A DNA stretch of 64,000 nt from an uncultured Alphaproteobacteria bacterium (lineage in GTDB: Bacteria; Pseudomonadota; Alphaproteobacteria; Rhizobiales; Hyphomicrobiaceae): positions 18,251-82,250 of the forward strand of contig CAVPTI010000021.1 in the NCBI GenBank assembly GCA_963708775.1, in the 5' to 3' direction. This document shows positions 39,401 to 49,037 of this stretch, in pieces. A program made the translations under genes and the position numbers. The notes beneath the pieces were generated by a model. It was not told the origin of the DNA. It worked only from the letters and a program-made list of their open reading frames with translations, and searched no databases. Each line of letters opens with the position of its first letter. Position 1 is the stretch's first letter.

Positions 39401-39445
39401 CCAGACGGACCTATCCGATTACGAGTTCAGACAAGGACGCATTTA

Positions 39446-40234
39446 ATGAGAAAGATTGTTTTCGCGCTCGTTTCAGTGGTGATCGCCGGGATCGCTCCTG
39501 CTGCCGCGCAGGACATGTTGGACATGGTGGATCTGACTTCAGATCAGTTCACGAAGGCGGAGATGAGCCGTGCCGATATCGAGGCCGGGCTGGCGAAGCT
39601 GGCAGACGGGCAGAAGCTCGATCTGACAGGTAAGGCTCTCAATGGCCTCGATTTGTCGGGAATTGACCTGAGGAGAACCGTGCTGCAATCGGCGCGGTTG
39701 ATGAAGGTGAACCTGAAGGGCGCCAATCTGGAAGGTGTCAATCTCGACAGCATCTGGTCACTGAATTCCGATCTGACGGGGGCTAACTTGAAGGACGCCA
39801 GCATGTTCGGCGCGCAATTTGTCGGGTCCAAGCTCGACGGCGCCGACCTATCGGGTGCTCGCGTGGCGGGCGATTTCTCCAAAGCGAGCATGACTGGCGT
39901 GAAGCTCGATGGTGCCGATCTCTCAGCGGATGAAAAGAACCAGTCGATGGGGCTGATGCGCGGGACGTTTCGGTCAACCAACCTTGAAGGCGCATCCCTG
40001 AAGGGCGCAAATCTCAACCGTGCGATGCTGGAGTTTGCCTCGCTAAAAAATGCCGATCTGTCGGGCGTTTCGTTGAAGGAGAGCGAAATCGCCGGCGCTG
40101 ATCTCACCGGCGCTAACGTGGCCGGTGCCGACTTCACGGGTGCGGATGTGAATTCGGCGCGGATTGGCGCGATGTCCGGCGCAGCTAAAAATCTCGACAA
40201 GGCCAAGAACCTCGACAAGGCCTACCGGAATTGA
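39446..40234 (+). CDS. Exported pentapeptide-repeat protein (paralogue 1)
   Basis: Signal MRKIVFALVSVVIAGIAPAAA. A long run of A(D/N)LxG-type pentapeptides follows (ANLKGANLEGVNLDS..., ADLSGARVAGDFSKASMTGVKLDGADLS...). Confidence 0.8.
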   Translation: MRKIVFALVSVVIAGIAPAAAQDMLDMVDLTSDQFTKAEMSRADIEAGLAKLADGQKLDLTGKALNGLDLSGIDLRRTVLQSARLMKVNLKGANLEGVNLDSIWSLNSDLTGANLKDASMFGAQFVGSKLDGADLSGARVAGDFSKASMTGVKLDGADLSADEKNQSMGLMRGTFRSTNLEGASLKGANLNRAMLEFASLKNADLSGVSLKESEIAGADLTGANVAGADFTGADVNSARIGAMSGAAKNLDKAKNLDKAYRN

Positions 40235-40359
40235 TTTCCGCCTCGAGGAATTCGCCTGATCGGGGCGATCAGAAAAGGTGAAGTTCAACGTCGGGGAAGG
40301 CGTATCGGATGTTCGGGCTCCATGATAGGCAAGCGGCAAGTCGCTCATGGAGTGCCCAC

Positions 40360-41154
40360 ATGCCTTTCCGCCGTCTTGCCGTCGCCGTCCTTCTTATGTT
40401 CGTTGCGATCCCGGTGACCAGCGCCCAGGACCCTTTCCAAGGCCTTGATCTCACGTCCGACGCATTCACCAAATCGGAAATGACGCGTGAGGAGGTTCTT
40501 GCAATCGTCGCTAAGGGTACGCCTGAGACGCCAGCGGATCTGTCGGGAAAGTCGCTCAACGGAATTGATCTATCGGGTGCGGATCTGCACGGTGTCATTT
40601 TCCGAGCGGCGCGTCTCAACAAGGCGAATTTGAAGGGTGCAAATCTTTCTGGTGCTGCGCTCGATGCCGTCTGGGCCATGGACGCCGAGTTCGCGGATGC
40701 GACGTTCGCCAGTGCGAGCATCATCGGTGCGCAGTTCATCAGAGCGAAAATGGACGGGGCTGATTTCACGAACGCGAAGGTGAAGTCGAACTTTGCGCAG
40801 GCGAGTCTCGTGAAAGCGCGTTTCGACGGGGCGGACCTGTCGCCGGGAAAGAAGAATCAGCGAGCGATGGTGAAGCGGGGATTTGAGAGTGCGATCCTGG
40901 ATGGGGCCTCGTTTAAAAATGCGAACATGGTGGAAGTCGATCTTGAGTTTGCCTCGCTTCGCGACGCCGATTTGACGAATGCCGTGCTGGCGGGCGCCGA
41001 TCTGGCAGGTGCGACGCTCGCCGGCGCCGATGTGACGGGCGCGGATTTCAATGGGGCGAATGTCGAAAGTGCCAAGCTGAGCGGCATCAAGAACCTAGGT
41101 GCGGCAAAAGCCTTCGATACCGTTCGCAACTACGACAAGGCGTTCAAGAACTAG
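40360..41154 (+). CDS. Exported pentapeptide-repeat protein (paralogue 2)
   Basis: From MPFRRLAVAVLLMFVAIPVTSA (signal). It has the same architecture and the same N-terminal motif as paralogue 1 (DLTSDAFTKSEMTREEV versus DLTSDQFTKAEMSRADI), and both end ...KAxxN. Confidence 0.8.
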   Translation: MPFRRLAVAVLLMFVAIPVTSAQDPFQGLDLTSDAFTKSEMTREEVLAIVAKGTPETPADLSGKSLNGIDLSGADLHGVIFRAARLNKANLKGANLSGAALDAVWAMDAEFADATFASASIIGAQFIRAKMDGADFTNAKVKSNFAQASLVKARFDGADLSPGKKNQRAMVKRGFESAILDGASFKNANMVEVDLEFASLRDADLTNAVLAGADLAGATLAGADVTGADFNGANVESAKLSGIKNLGAAKAFDTVRNYDKAFKN

Positions 41155-41160
41155 CCTACG

Positions 41161-42588
41161 CTACAACGGCACTGAAATGATCGCACGAAGGCCGCCCATG
41201 GAGCTTTCGCCCAAAGTGACCGTTCCACCGTGGCTCTTGGCGATGTCACGGGCAATGGCGAGGCCAAGTCCGGAATTGGCGCTGTCCTGGTTGCGGGATT
41301 TATCGATCCGGTAGAACGGCCGGAAAACATTCTCGCGTTCGGATGCGGGGATTCCCGGCCCGTTGTCGTCGATCTCGACGCGGAGCCAGTTTCCTTCGGT
41401 GGCGGCTCGGATGATGATCTTATCGCCGTACCGCACAGCATTCGATACGAGGTTGGTGACGGCGCGCTTGAAAGCATTGCGTTTCAAGGGGAGCACGAGG
41501 TCCTGCTTGCTGCGGCGCAGTTTCAGATCGATCGGCGTGCCGTAGGATTGTGATTCCTCGTGCACCTCTTCCAGCAGCGTGCGCAAGTTCGTGGGCTTGG
41601 CTTCCTCGCCTCCGTCGCCCCGCGCGAAGGCGAGGTAGTCTTCAAGCATATGCTGCATTTCGTTCACGTCGCTGCGCAAAGACCGCGTCTCTGCCGTATC
41701 GGGGAGAAATGCGAGTTCCAGCTTGAAGCGCGTGAGAATGGTGCGCAGATCGTGGCTGACGCCGGCAAGCATGGTGGTGCGCTGCTCGACATGTTGGGTG
41801 ATGCGATCGCGCATCTCGATGAAGGATTGCGAAGCCTGGCGAACCTCGCGCGCACCGCGGGGGCGAAAGTCGTCGGGAAACGGCCGACCTTTGCCGAATG
41901 CATCGGCGGCGTCTGCAAGTTTCAAGATGGGGCGGATCTGGTTGCGCAGGAAAAGGATTGCGACCGTCAAAAGGATGATGGAGGTGCCGATCATCCAGAG
42001 CAGAAAGATATGGGAATTGGACGCGTAAGTCTGCGTGCGGGTCGCGATGAAGCGCAGGATGGCGTCGTCGTGCTTGACGCGGATCTCCACGAGGCGCGCT
42101 TCGCCCAAGGTATCGATCCAGAAAGGCCGCTGCACGTTTCGCGAGATTTCCTTGGACAGTGCGCGGTCGAGGAGATTGAAGAATGGCTTGGGGGCAGGTG
42201 CCGGCAGATCGCCCGCCGGTAGGATCTGCATGGTGAGATTGAGCTTGTCGCGGGCAAGTTCGATCAAGCGCGTGTTGGCTGTGGCGTCCTTGCTGGTGTC
42301 ATAGAGTTCGATGAGCACGGCGATGTTGCGGGCGGTGGCCTCTGACAGGCGCCGCGTGACGGATTGCCAGTGGCGTTCCATGAAGACGAACGCGATGACG
42401 CCCTCGAGCACGACGATCGGCGTGATGATGATGAGCAGAGCGCGCGCGAAGAGGCCCTTTGGCAACGCTTCGGCCAACCAAGCCGTAGCGGCTGCGTGAA
42501 AGTTCGTCAGCGCTTCGCGGGCGGATGTGAGCCGCGACTTGATCTTATCGACTGGCGCATCGAAGCGGGCGACCATGAAAGGGCTCAC
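41161..42588 (-). CDS. EnvZ-type sensor histidine kinase
   Basis: 475-aa ORF with two TM segments, a HAMP region, H-box LAGVSHDLRTILTRFKL, N-box NLVSNAVRYG, DDNGPGIP and GLGLAIARDIAKSHGG. Confidence 0.85.
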   Translation of the reverse strand: MSPFMVARFDAPVDKIKSRLTSAREALTNFHAAATAWLAEALPKGLFARALLIIITPIVVLEGVIAFVFMERHWQSVTRRLSEATARNIAVLIELYDTSKDATANTRLIELARDKLNLTMQILPAGDLPAPAPKPFFNLLDRALSKEISRNVQRPFWIDTLGEARLVEIRVKHDDAILRFIATRTQTYASNSHIFLLWMIGTSIILLTVAILFLRNQIRPILKLADAADAFGKGRPFPDDFRPRGAREVRQASQSFIEMRDRITQHVEQRTTMLAGVSHDLRTILTRFKLELAFLPDTAETRSLRSDVNEMQHMLEDYLAFARGDGGEEAKPTNLRTLLEEVHEESQSYGTPIDLKLRRSKQDLVLPLKRNAFKRAVTNLVSNAVRYGDKIIIRAATEGNWLRVEIDDNGPGIPASERENVFRPFYRIDKSRNQDSANSGLGLAIARDIAKSHGGTVTLGESSMGGLRAIISVPL

Positions 42589-42590
42589 TC

Positions 42591-43307
42591 TTAATCGGTG
42601 TAGAGGATGTAGCCCTTGCCGCGCACCGTCTGCAGATAAATCGGATTGGACGGGTCGCTCTCAATTTTGCGGCGGAGCCGGTTGATCTGTACGTCAATCG
42701 CGCGTTCGCTGCCGGTGCTGTCGTCGTTGGACAATTCGTGGCGGGGTATCGGCAAGCCGCGGCGCTGGGCGAACTGGCGCAGCAGATCGCGTTCGCGCTC
42801 GGTGAGTTTGATCGCCTCGTCGTCGCGCTTCAGTTCACCGCGCGAGATGATGAACGTGAACGGGCCCATGCGCACTTCATCGACCGGAGCGTGGGGTCCG
42901 GGTTGACCACGGCGTAAGATATTGCGGAGCCGGAGCAGCAATTCTCGGGGCTCGAAGGGCTTGGTGACATAGTCGTCGACCCCGATCTCAAGCCCTTCAA
43001 TGCGATTTTCGGTGTCGGCCCGGGCCGTCAGCAGGCAGACCGGCACCCGTGTCGTCGCTTTGAGATGCTGCGCGAGGGAGAGGCCGCTTTCGCCGGGCAT
43101 CATGACGTCGAGGAGGATGAGATCAAAGGCTAGACCGCGCATGGCGGCGCGTGCCGTCGCAGCATCAGCAGAAATTGTGACGCGAAAGCCGTTTTCGAAA
43201 AGGTAGCGCCCTAGCAGGTCGCGGATCTTCTGGTCGTCGTCGACAACCAGAATGTGGGGAGCGTCATCGGGAAGCGGATCGGTTCGCCGGGCCAAATTCG
43301 TCGTCAT
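42591..43307 (-). CDS. OmpR-family response regulator
   Basis: HILVVDDDQKIRDLL...DLILLDVMMPGESG...KPFEPRELLLRL plus a winged helix (LTERERDLLRQF...IDVQINRLRRKIE...LQTVRGKGYIL). It lies 2 nt upstream of the kinase. It may be the conserved alphaproteobacterial CenR-type pair, but this is not verified. Confidence 0.9.
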   Translation of the reverse strand: MTTNLARRTDPLPDDAPHILVVDDDQKIRDLLGRYLFENGFRVTISADAATARAAMRGLAFDLILLDVMMPGESGLSLAQHLKATTRVPVCLLTARADTENRIEGLEIGVDDYVTKPFEPRELLLRLRNILRRGQPGPHAPVDEVRMGPFTFIISRGELKRDDEAIKLTERERDLLRQFAQRRGLPIPRHELSNDDSTGSERAIDVQINRLRRKIESDPSNPIYLQTVRGKGYILYTD

Positions 43308-43357
43308 GTGTTCGCCTCGCGTGGGGGCTCATCGCCTCGTCTGGGCTTCTTTGCGCG

Positions 43358-43939
43358 TCAGGTGCCAGCGGGATCGCCGCCGGGTGGTGGGCTGTCCGAC
43401 CATCGGACAAGATTTGCTACCTGACCGCGTTCATGGGGCTCGATCATGGCGAGAAGAAAACGGCGCGTCACCTCGTCGGCCTCCGCGCCAGCCACCTGCA
43501 GAGCGCCGGCGATGCGGCGGACTTGGAGTTCAGTCAATTTATCGGTCAAACGCACGCCTTTCGGGGTCAGGTGGAGGCGCCGTTCACGCAGGTCGGCGGG
43601 ACCTGGGCGCTGCTCGATGAAGCCTTTCTCCCGCAGATCCTTGAGAACACGGGCGAGGCTCTGCTTGGTAATCTTGAGGATGTCCAGCAGTTCGGCGACT
43701 TTCAGGCCGGGATTGCGATGGACGAAGTGCAAGACGCGATGGTGTGCGCGCCCGAAACCATAACGCTCCAAAACCGCGTCGGCATCGCCAGTGAAATTGC
43801 GATAAGCAAAATAGAACAACTCCATAAAACTGACGAGCGCCGGAGACACCGGCACGGCGGCGCTTTCCGCGGCAGGATCGGAGCCTGCGGAAGTCAACGC
43901 ACGGCGCTGTCTGCACGTCTCGGCAGTTATGTCAGCCAT
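43358..43939 (-). CDS. MarR-family transcriptional regulator
   Basis: RVLHFVHRNPGLKVAELLDILKITKQSLARVLKDLREKGFIEQR...RERRLHLTPKG is a MarR winged helix. Confidence 0.85.
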   Translation of the reverse strand: MADITAETCRQRRALTSAGSDPAAESAAVPVSPALVSFMELFYFAYRNFTGDADAVLERYGFGRAHHRVLHFVHRNPGLKVAELLDILKITKQSLARVLKDLREKGFIEQRPGPADLRERRLHLTPKGVRLTDKLTELQVRRIAGALQVAGAEADEVTRRFLLAMIEPHERGQVANLVRWSDSPPPGGDPAGT

Positions 43940-44175
43940 GTTGACTTATTTGCCGTCGATCGATAGACGTGGCAAGTCATTTCGCGACCCGATTGAAGAC
44001 GACTTTGCGCGGTGGTCCGCGCGTGCGCGCTCCCCGCCGCGGACTGCTGTCCGTCACGGCGGGTCCAGGCCCGCCGCCCCTGCATGCGCTGCAGAGTTTG
44101 CTTTATCGTCGCGCTGATGCGCGTGGCGCCGTCCGCCGTAAGTCATGCGCCGCCCGATAACAAGGAACGGAATTT

Positions 44176-45072
44176 ATGGCCGATCTCGTCCCCTATCACG
44201 ACCGCGACGGTTCCATTTGGTTCGACGGCAAGATGGTGCCGTGGCGTGAGGCACAGGTCCATGTGCTGACCCATGCGTTGCATTATGCAAGCGCGGTGTT
44301 CGAGGGTGAGCGGTCGTACGGAGGCGAAATCTTCAAGCTGCGCGAGCATACCGAACGGCTCATCGAGAGCGGGCGGATGCTGGATTTTGAGATCCCATAC
44401 TCCCCCGAGGAAATCGATCAGGCTTGCCGTGACACGCTCAAGGCCAACGGTCTCACGGACGGTTACATTCGACCGATCGCATGGCGGGGCAGCGAACAGA
44501 TGGGCGTGTCGGCGCAGAAGAGCAAGATCCATCTCGCCGTTGCGGCGTGGAATTGGGGCTCGTACTTCGACATGAACGAGCGTCTGAAAGGTATTCGTAT
44601 CGGCCTTGCGCACTATCGCCGTCCAGATCCGGCGACCATTCCATGCAAGGCGAAGGCGACCGGCCTCTATATGATCTGCACGATCGAGAAGCATCGCGCA
44701 GAGCGGGCGGGATATGCGGATGCGATGATGCTCGATTATCGCGGGCACGTGGCCGAATGCACGGGCGCCAACATGTTCTTCATCAAGGACGGCGAGATCC
44801 ACACGCCGACTCCCGATTGCTTCTTGAACGGCATCACGCGGCAGACGGTCATCGACCTGGCGCGGCGGCGGGGTATCAAGGTGATCGAACGCACCATCAT
44901 GCCGGATGAGCTCAGCTCATTCTCGGAGGTTTTCATCACCGGTACAGCGGCGGAAATCACGCCGGTGCGCGAGATTGGGCCAAACAGCTATACACCCGGC
45001 CGATTTTGCGAACTGCTGCTGAACGATTATATGGCTGAAGTGCAGCCGAAATCGCGGGCGGCTGCGGAGTAA
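44176..45072 (+). CDS. ilvE: Branched-chain amino acid aminotransferase
   Basis: WFDGKMVPWREAQVHVLTHALHYASAVFEGERSY, GYIRPIAWRG, KATGLYM and TGTAAEITPV are class IV aminotransferase blocks. Confidence 0.9.
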   Translation: MADLVPYHDRDGSIWFDGKMVPWREAQVHVLTHALHYASAVFEGERSYGGEIFKLREHTERLIESGRMLDFEIPYSPEEIDQACRDTLKANGLTDGYIRPIAWRGSEQMGVSAQKSKIHLAVAAWNWGSYFDMNERLKGIRIGLAHYRRPDPATIPCKAKATGLYMICTIEKHRAERAGYADAMMLDYRGHVAECTGANMFFIKDGEIHTPTPDCFLNGITRQTVIDLARRRGIKVIERTIMPDELSSFSEVFITGTAAEITPVREIGPNSYTPGRFCELLLNDYMAEVQPKSRAAAE

Positions 45073-45080
45073 GTCCAGGG

Positions 45081-45332
45081 TCAGTTGGATTTCGCGCTGA
45101 GCACGATAAAAAACGCGCCAAGGAAAGCCGCGATAGCGGAGCCCGCCAGCAGAAGCGCACTGAGATCCAGCGGGTAGCCGATCATCCCGGCCACTGCAGC
45201 GAAGAGAGCGATCCAGAAAATGGCTGGAACAAACGCTGTCAGCGCGAGACCGGTCAAAAAATCAGACCGGGAGGACGATGCAATTGCTTTTGTGGCGGGA
45301 ATACCCAGCGGCTGAGCAGTTGTCGTCTGCAT
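45081..45332 (-). CDS. Small membrane protein, hypothetical
   Basis: From MQTTTAQPLG it is ~83 aa with two hydrophobic helices (LALTAFVPAIFWIALFAAVAGMI and LLLAGSAIAAFLGAFFIVL). ORF-only evidence. Confidence 0.4.
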   Translation of the reverse strand: MQTTTAQPLGIPATKAIASSSRSDFLTGLALTAFVPAIFWIALFAAVAGMIGYPLDLSALLLAGSAIAAFLGAFFIVLSAKSN

Positions 45333-45559
45333 CGCTATCGCTCCGGAACAGCATCGATCGAGTACAAGTGTCGGGTCAACCCGTAAACGAAACGTTAACG
45401 AAGGCATTACGGAAAAATTAAGGAAACCTAAGAAATTTGACGAAGGCGTTTTCGTGCAACAGTCGATGTGCGAAAGGGTTTCGGTGTTTTTCTGATTATC
45501 GATAGGGGCTTGCGACGCGCCGGGGCGTCGCGCCCGAAGTCATAAAGGCAGGACAGACC

Positions 45560-47155
45560 GTGTATGATGTGGCGATTATCGGTGGCGGCCACAATGGTCT
45601 GACGGCTGCGGCGTACCTCTCGCGCGCTGGGCTTTCCGTGGTGGTTTTGGAAAAAAATGCGGTGGCGGGAGGTGCGGCGCTAACGGAGGCGTTTCATCCC
45701 GGCTTCCGCAACTCCGTCGCGTCCTACACTGTGAGCCTGCTCGATCCGGGCGTGATCCGGGATCTTGAACTGCATGACCATGGGTTGAAAATCATCGAGC
45801 GACCGGCCGCCAACTTCATGCCGATCGACCGCGAAAGAGCATTTTTCTGGCCTTACGGAATGGCCGCCAAGCAAGCAGAAATTGCAAAGTTTTCGGTGCG
45901 CGATGCGGAATGGTATCCGAAGTACGACGCGGCACTCGATCGAGCGGCCGCCGTGTTGCGCGATCTCACGAGGAAGACGCCTCCGAACGCAGGTGGCGGC
46001 TGGCTGGATGTCTTGAAGGGCGCGGGGATTGGCCGGCGCGTCCTCGGGCTATCGCTGGAAGACCAACGCGTACTTACCGATCTCTTCACGAAAAGTGCGG
46101 CGGACTTTCTCGACCCCTGGTTTGAGAACGAGCATGTGAAGGCGCTGTTCGCGTTCGATGGCATCGTCGGATCGTTTGCTGCGCCTTCGACGCCCGGTAC
46201 GGCCTACGTGCTGCTTCATCATTGCTTCGGAGAGGTGAATGGTAAGCCGGGCGTGTGGGGCCATGCCGTCGGTGGCATGGGCGCGATTACGCAGGCCATG
46301 GCGCGAGCAGCAGAGAAGGCTGGAGCAGAGATCAGACTTGAAGCTTCGGTCGCGCGGGTGGTCGTCGAAAAGGCCCGTGCCGTGGGAGTCGAACTTCAAT
46401 CTGGCGAGATTGTGCGGGCTCGAGCCGTTGCTGCGAATGTCGGACCCAAGCTCCTGTTCCGCGATCTTGTCGATGAGAAGGATGTTGATCCGCCGCTCTA
46501 CAGGCGGCTTTCGAACATCAAGACGGGGTCCGGCACGTTTCGCATGAACGTGGCCTTGAGCGAATTGCCAAACTTCACCGCTCGACCGGGTGCGGAGCCC
46601 AGCCCACACCACGGTGCAGGCATCGTGATCGCGCCGACGATGGCGTACATGGAGCGCGCCTACCTCGATGCGAAGCGTGACGGCTGGTCACACGAACCGG
46701 TCGTGGAGATGCTGATCCCCTCAGTGCTCGATGGGTCGCTGGCGCCGAAGGGTCAGCACGTCGCCTCTCTGTTCGTGCAGCACGTGGCGCCGAAACTGAC
46801 GGGTGGCCGATCATGGGACGATCAGCGCGAAAAAGAACGGTTCGCGGACGTCGTTATCGAAACCGTGACGAAGCATGCTCCAAACTTCCGTAGTTCGATC
46901 CTTGGCATGCAGGTGCTCTCGCCGCTCGATCTGGAGATGCGGTTCGGGCTCGTGGATGGCGACATCTTTCACGGCCAGCTGTCGCTCGATCAGCTGTTTT
47001 CGATGCGGCCGGTGCTCGGGTATGCCGATTACCGGATGCCGATTTCCGGGCTTTACCTATGCGGGTCGGGCGCTCATCCAGGCGGTGGGGTCACAGGATT
47101 GCCGGGCCGCAATGCCGCGCGCGAAATCGTGCGGGACCTCAAGGGGTGGTTTTGA
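45560..47155 (+). CDS. FAD-dependent oxidoreductase, phytoene-desaturase (CrtI)-related family
   Basis: N-terminal Rossmann motif DVAIIGGGHNGLTAAAYLSRAGLSVVVLE. Its 531-aa length and C-terminal LYLCGSGAHPGGGV are typical of COG1233-type enzymes. Confidence 0.8.
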   Translation: MYDVAIIGGGHNGLTAAAYLSRAGLSVVVLEKNAVAGGAALTEAFHPGFRNSVASYTVSLLDPGVIRDLELHDHGLKIIERPAANFMPIDRERAFFWPYGMAAKQAEIAKFSVRDAEWYPKYDAALDRAAAVLRDLTRKTPPNAGGGWLDVLKGAGIGRRVLGLSLEDQRVLTDLFTKSAADFLDPWFENEHVKALFAFDGIVGSFAAPSTPGTAYVLLHHCFGEVNGKPGVWGHAVGGMGAITQAMARAAEKAGAEIRLEASVARVVVEKARAVGVELQSGEIVRARAVAANVGPKLLFRDLVDEKDVDPPLYRRLSNIKTGSGTFRMNVALSELPNFTARPGAEPSPHHGAGIVIAPTMAYMERAYLDAKRDGWSHEPVVEMLIPSVLDGSLAPKGQHVASLFVQHVAPKLTGGRSWDDQREKERFADVVIETVTKHAPNFRSSILGMQVLSPLDLEMRFGLVDGDIFHGQLSLDQLFSMRPVLGYADYRMPISGLYLCGSGAHPGGGVTGLPGRNAAREIVRDLKGWF

Positions 47156-47191
47156 GTTGACGATGGCCGATCCGTTCGGCAATCGGAACGT

Positions 47192-47719
47192 ATGCACTCC
47201 ATCCCACAAATGATAGGATTGACGCCGCCCATGGACGCTCCCCGCTACCGCGCCCTCATGCGCCATCAGGCGGGAGCCGTTGCGATCATCGCGGCCGGCC
47301 ACTCCGGTGCGCGGGGGGGACTGACCGCGACGGCATTTTCTTCGCTTTCGGATAGTCCGCCGACGCTGCTCGTTTGCGTGCAGCGCAAGTCGGGAACGCA
47401 TGGGGTTATCGTTGCGGCGAAATCCTTCAGCGTGAACATCCTGGCACGCGAACAGCAAACGCTCGCGGAACGGTTTTCAGGTAAGGGCGGGGTGACGGGT
47501 GAGCACCGCTTCGAAGGCGGTGCGGTATGGGAGACGCTGGCAACGGGCGCGCCCGTTCTTTCAGGCGCGCTGGCAAGCCTCGATTGCGAACTCCTCGACG
47601 AGCATCAGTTCTCGACGCACTCGATCTTCATCGGTCGCGTGGTCGATGGACGGTTCCGTGGCGAAGGAGAGCCGCTGCTCTACTTCCGCAACGACTATTG
47701 GGATATCGGTGCGCGATAG
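47192..47719 (+). CDS. Flavin reductase-domain protein (HpaC-like)
   Basis: YRALMRHQAGAVAIIAA...GLTATAFSSLSDSPPTLLVCV...SFSVNIL...LDCEL...HSIFIG fits the flavin reductase-like FMN-binding domain. Confidence 0.75.
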   Translation: MHSIPQMIGLTPPMDAPRYRALMRHQAGAVAIIAAGHSGARGGLTATAFSSLSDSPPTLLVCVQRKSGTHGVIVAAKSFSVNILAREQQTLAERFSGKGGVTGEHRFEGGAVWETLATGAPVLSGALASLDCELLDEHQFSTHSIFIGRVVDGRFRGEGEPLLYFRNDYWDIGAR

Positions 47720-47749
47720 AGTGCCACGAACGGGCGAAAGACAACCAGC

Positions 47750-48166
47750 GTGCGGATCACAGTCAATCTTACGCTTGATGAGCGCGATATCGAGGAACGC
47801 TTCGTGCGCGCTTCGGGGCCGGGCGGGCAGAACGTCAACAAAGTCTCAACGGCAGTCGAGCTGCGTTACAACGTGCGGCACGGAACGCTGCCGGTCGCCG
47901 TGCGGGACCGGCTCGTCACGATTGCCGGCCGGCGGATGACGGACGAGGGCGTGCTCGTGATCCGCGCCGAGCGGTTTCGCACGCAAGAGCGCAATCGCGA
48001 AGACGCGCGGGAGCGGCTGGCAGAATTGGTGCGAAAGGCGCTGCATGTGCCGAAAAAGCGCATCGCAACAAAACCGACGCGGGCTGCGCGGACGCGGCGA
48101 TTGGAAGCCAAGGGCAAGCGCGGGGACGTCAAACGCATGCGCCGGTCCAAGCCCGATATGGATTGA
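47750..48166 (+). CDS. arfB: Alternative ribosome-rescue factor ArfB (peptidyl-tRNA hydrolase, GGQ)
   Basis: 138 aa with SGPGGQNVNKVSTAVELRY and a basic C-terminal tail (KKRIATKPTRAARTRRLEAKGKRGDVKRMR). Confidence 0.85.
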   Translation: MRITVNLTLDERDIEERFVRASGPGGQNVNKVSTAVELRYNVRHGTLPVAVRDRLVTIAGRRMTDEGVLVIRAERFRTQERNREDARERLAELVRKALHVPKKRIATKPTRAARTRRLEAKGKRGDVKRMRRSKPDMD

Positions 48167-48177
48167 GGAATCCGCCC

Positions 48178-48954
48178 ATGCCGCGTTTTGCCGCCAATCT
48201 CAGCATGCTCTTCACCGAAGTTCCGTTTCTCGACCGGTTCGAGGCGGCCGCAAAAGCTGGTTTCAAGGGTGTGGAATTCCTGTTTCCCTATGCGTTCGAT
48301 GTGGACGAAATCCGGGCGCGGCTCGATCGACTTGGTCTTGAGGTCGTGCTGTTCAATTTGCCGCCCGGCCATTGGGACGAAGGCGAGCGTGGCATCACGG
48401 CGCTGAAGGGCCGTGAGGATGAATTCGCGGCCGGAGTCGATTTGGCGCTGCGCTACGCGGAGGTGCTTGGCTGTCCTCGGCTTCATGCGATGGCAGGTCT
48501 CGACCCGCAAGTGACGGACCGCGATGTGTATTTGAAGAATTTGACGCTAGCGGCCGATTGGGCGCGCGGCGAGGGCGTTGATATTCTGATCGAGCCGATC
48601 AACACGTTTGATATGCCGGGCTATTTCCTGACGACGACAGAGGCAGCGCGTGACGTCATCGAAAAGGTGGGTGCGGCGAACCTCGGCCTGCAATTCGATC
48701 TCTATCATCGCCATCGCATGCAGGGTGGTGTTATCGAGGCGATCTCAGAATTCGCCCCCATCGCGCGGCATTATCAGTGCGCGAACCCGCCGGATCGCAG
48801 CGAACCGGGAGTGGACGTGCTCAACTATCGGCGCATTTTCGAAGCGATTGATCAGACTGGTTTCACGGGCTGGATCGGCTGTGAATACAAGCCGAAGGGG
48901 TCCACGCTGGAGGGACTCGAATGGCCTGAGCAATGCGGCGTCGCGCTGGGTTAA
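48178..48954 (+). CDS. hyi: Hydroxypyruvate isomerase-family TIM-barrel protein
   Basis: MPRFAANLSMLFTEVPFLDRFEAAAKAGFKGVEFLFPY..., ILIEPIN, QFDLYH and GWIGCEYKP are the Hyi/OtnI family pattern. The ORF overlaps the arfB stop. Confidence 0.8.
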   Translation: MPRFAANLSMLFTEVPFLDRFEAAAKAGFKGVEFLFPYAFDVDEIRARLDRLGLEVVLFNLPPGHWDEGERGITALKGREDEFAAGVDLALRYAEVLGCPRLHAMAGLDPQVTDRDVYLKNLTLAADWARGEGVDILIEPINTFDMPGYFLTTTEAARDVIEKVGAANLGLQFDLYHRHRMQGGVIEAISEFAPIARHYQCANPPDRSEPGVDVLNYRRIFEAIDQTGFTGWIGCEYKPKGSTLEGLEWPEQCGVALG

Positions 48955-49037
48955 TCTCGGCTGGGCGAAGACGGCTGCAGGTGGCATAATCCGAGCCAAC
49001 GGGGTCCTCGGCCTCGTCCTACGGGGGAAGACCACCG

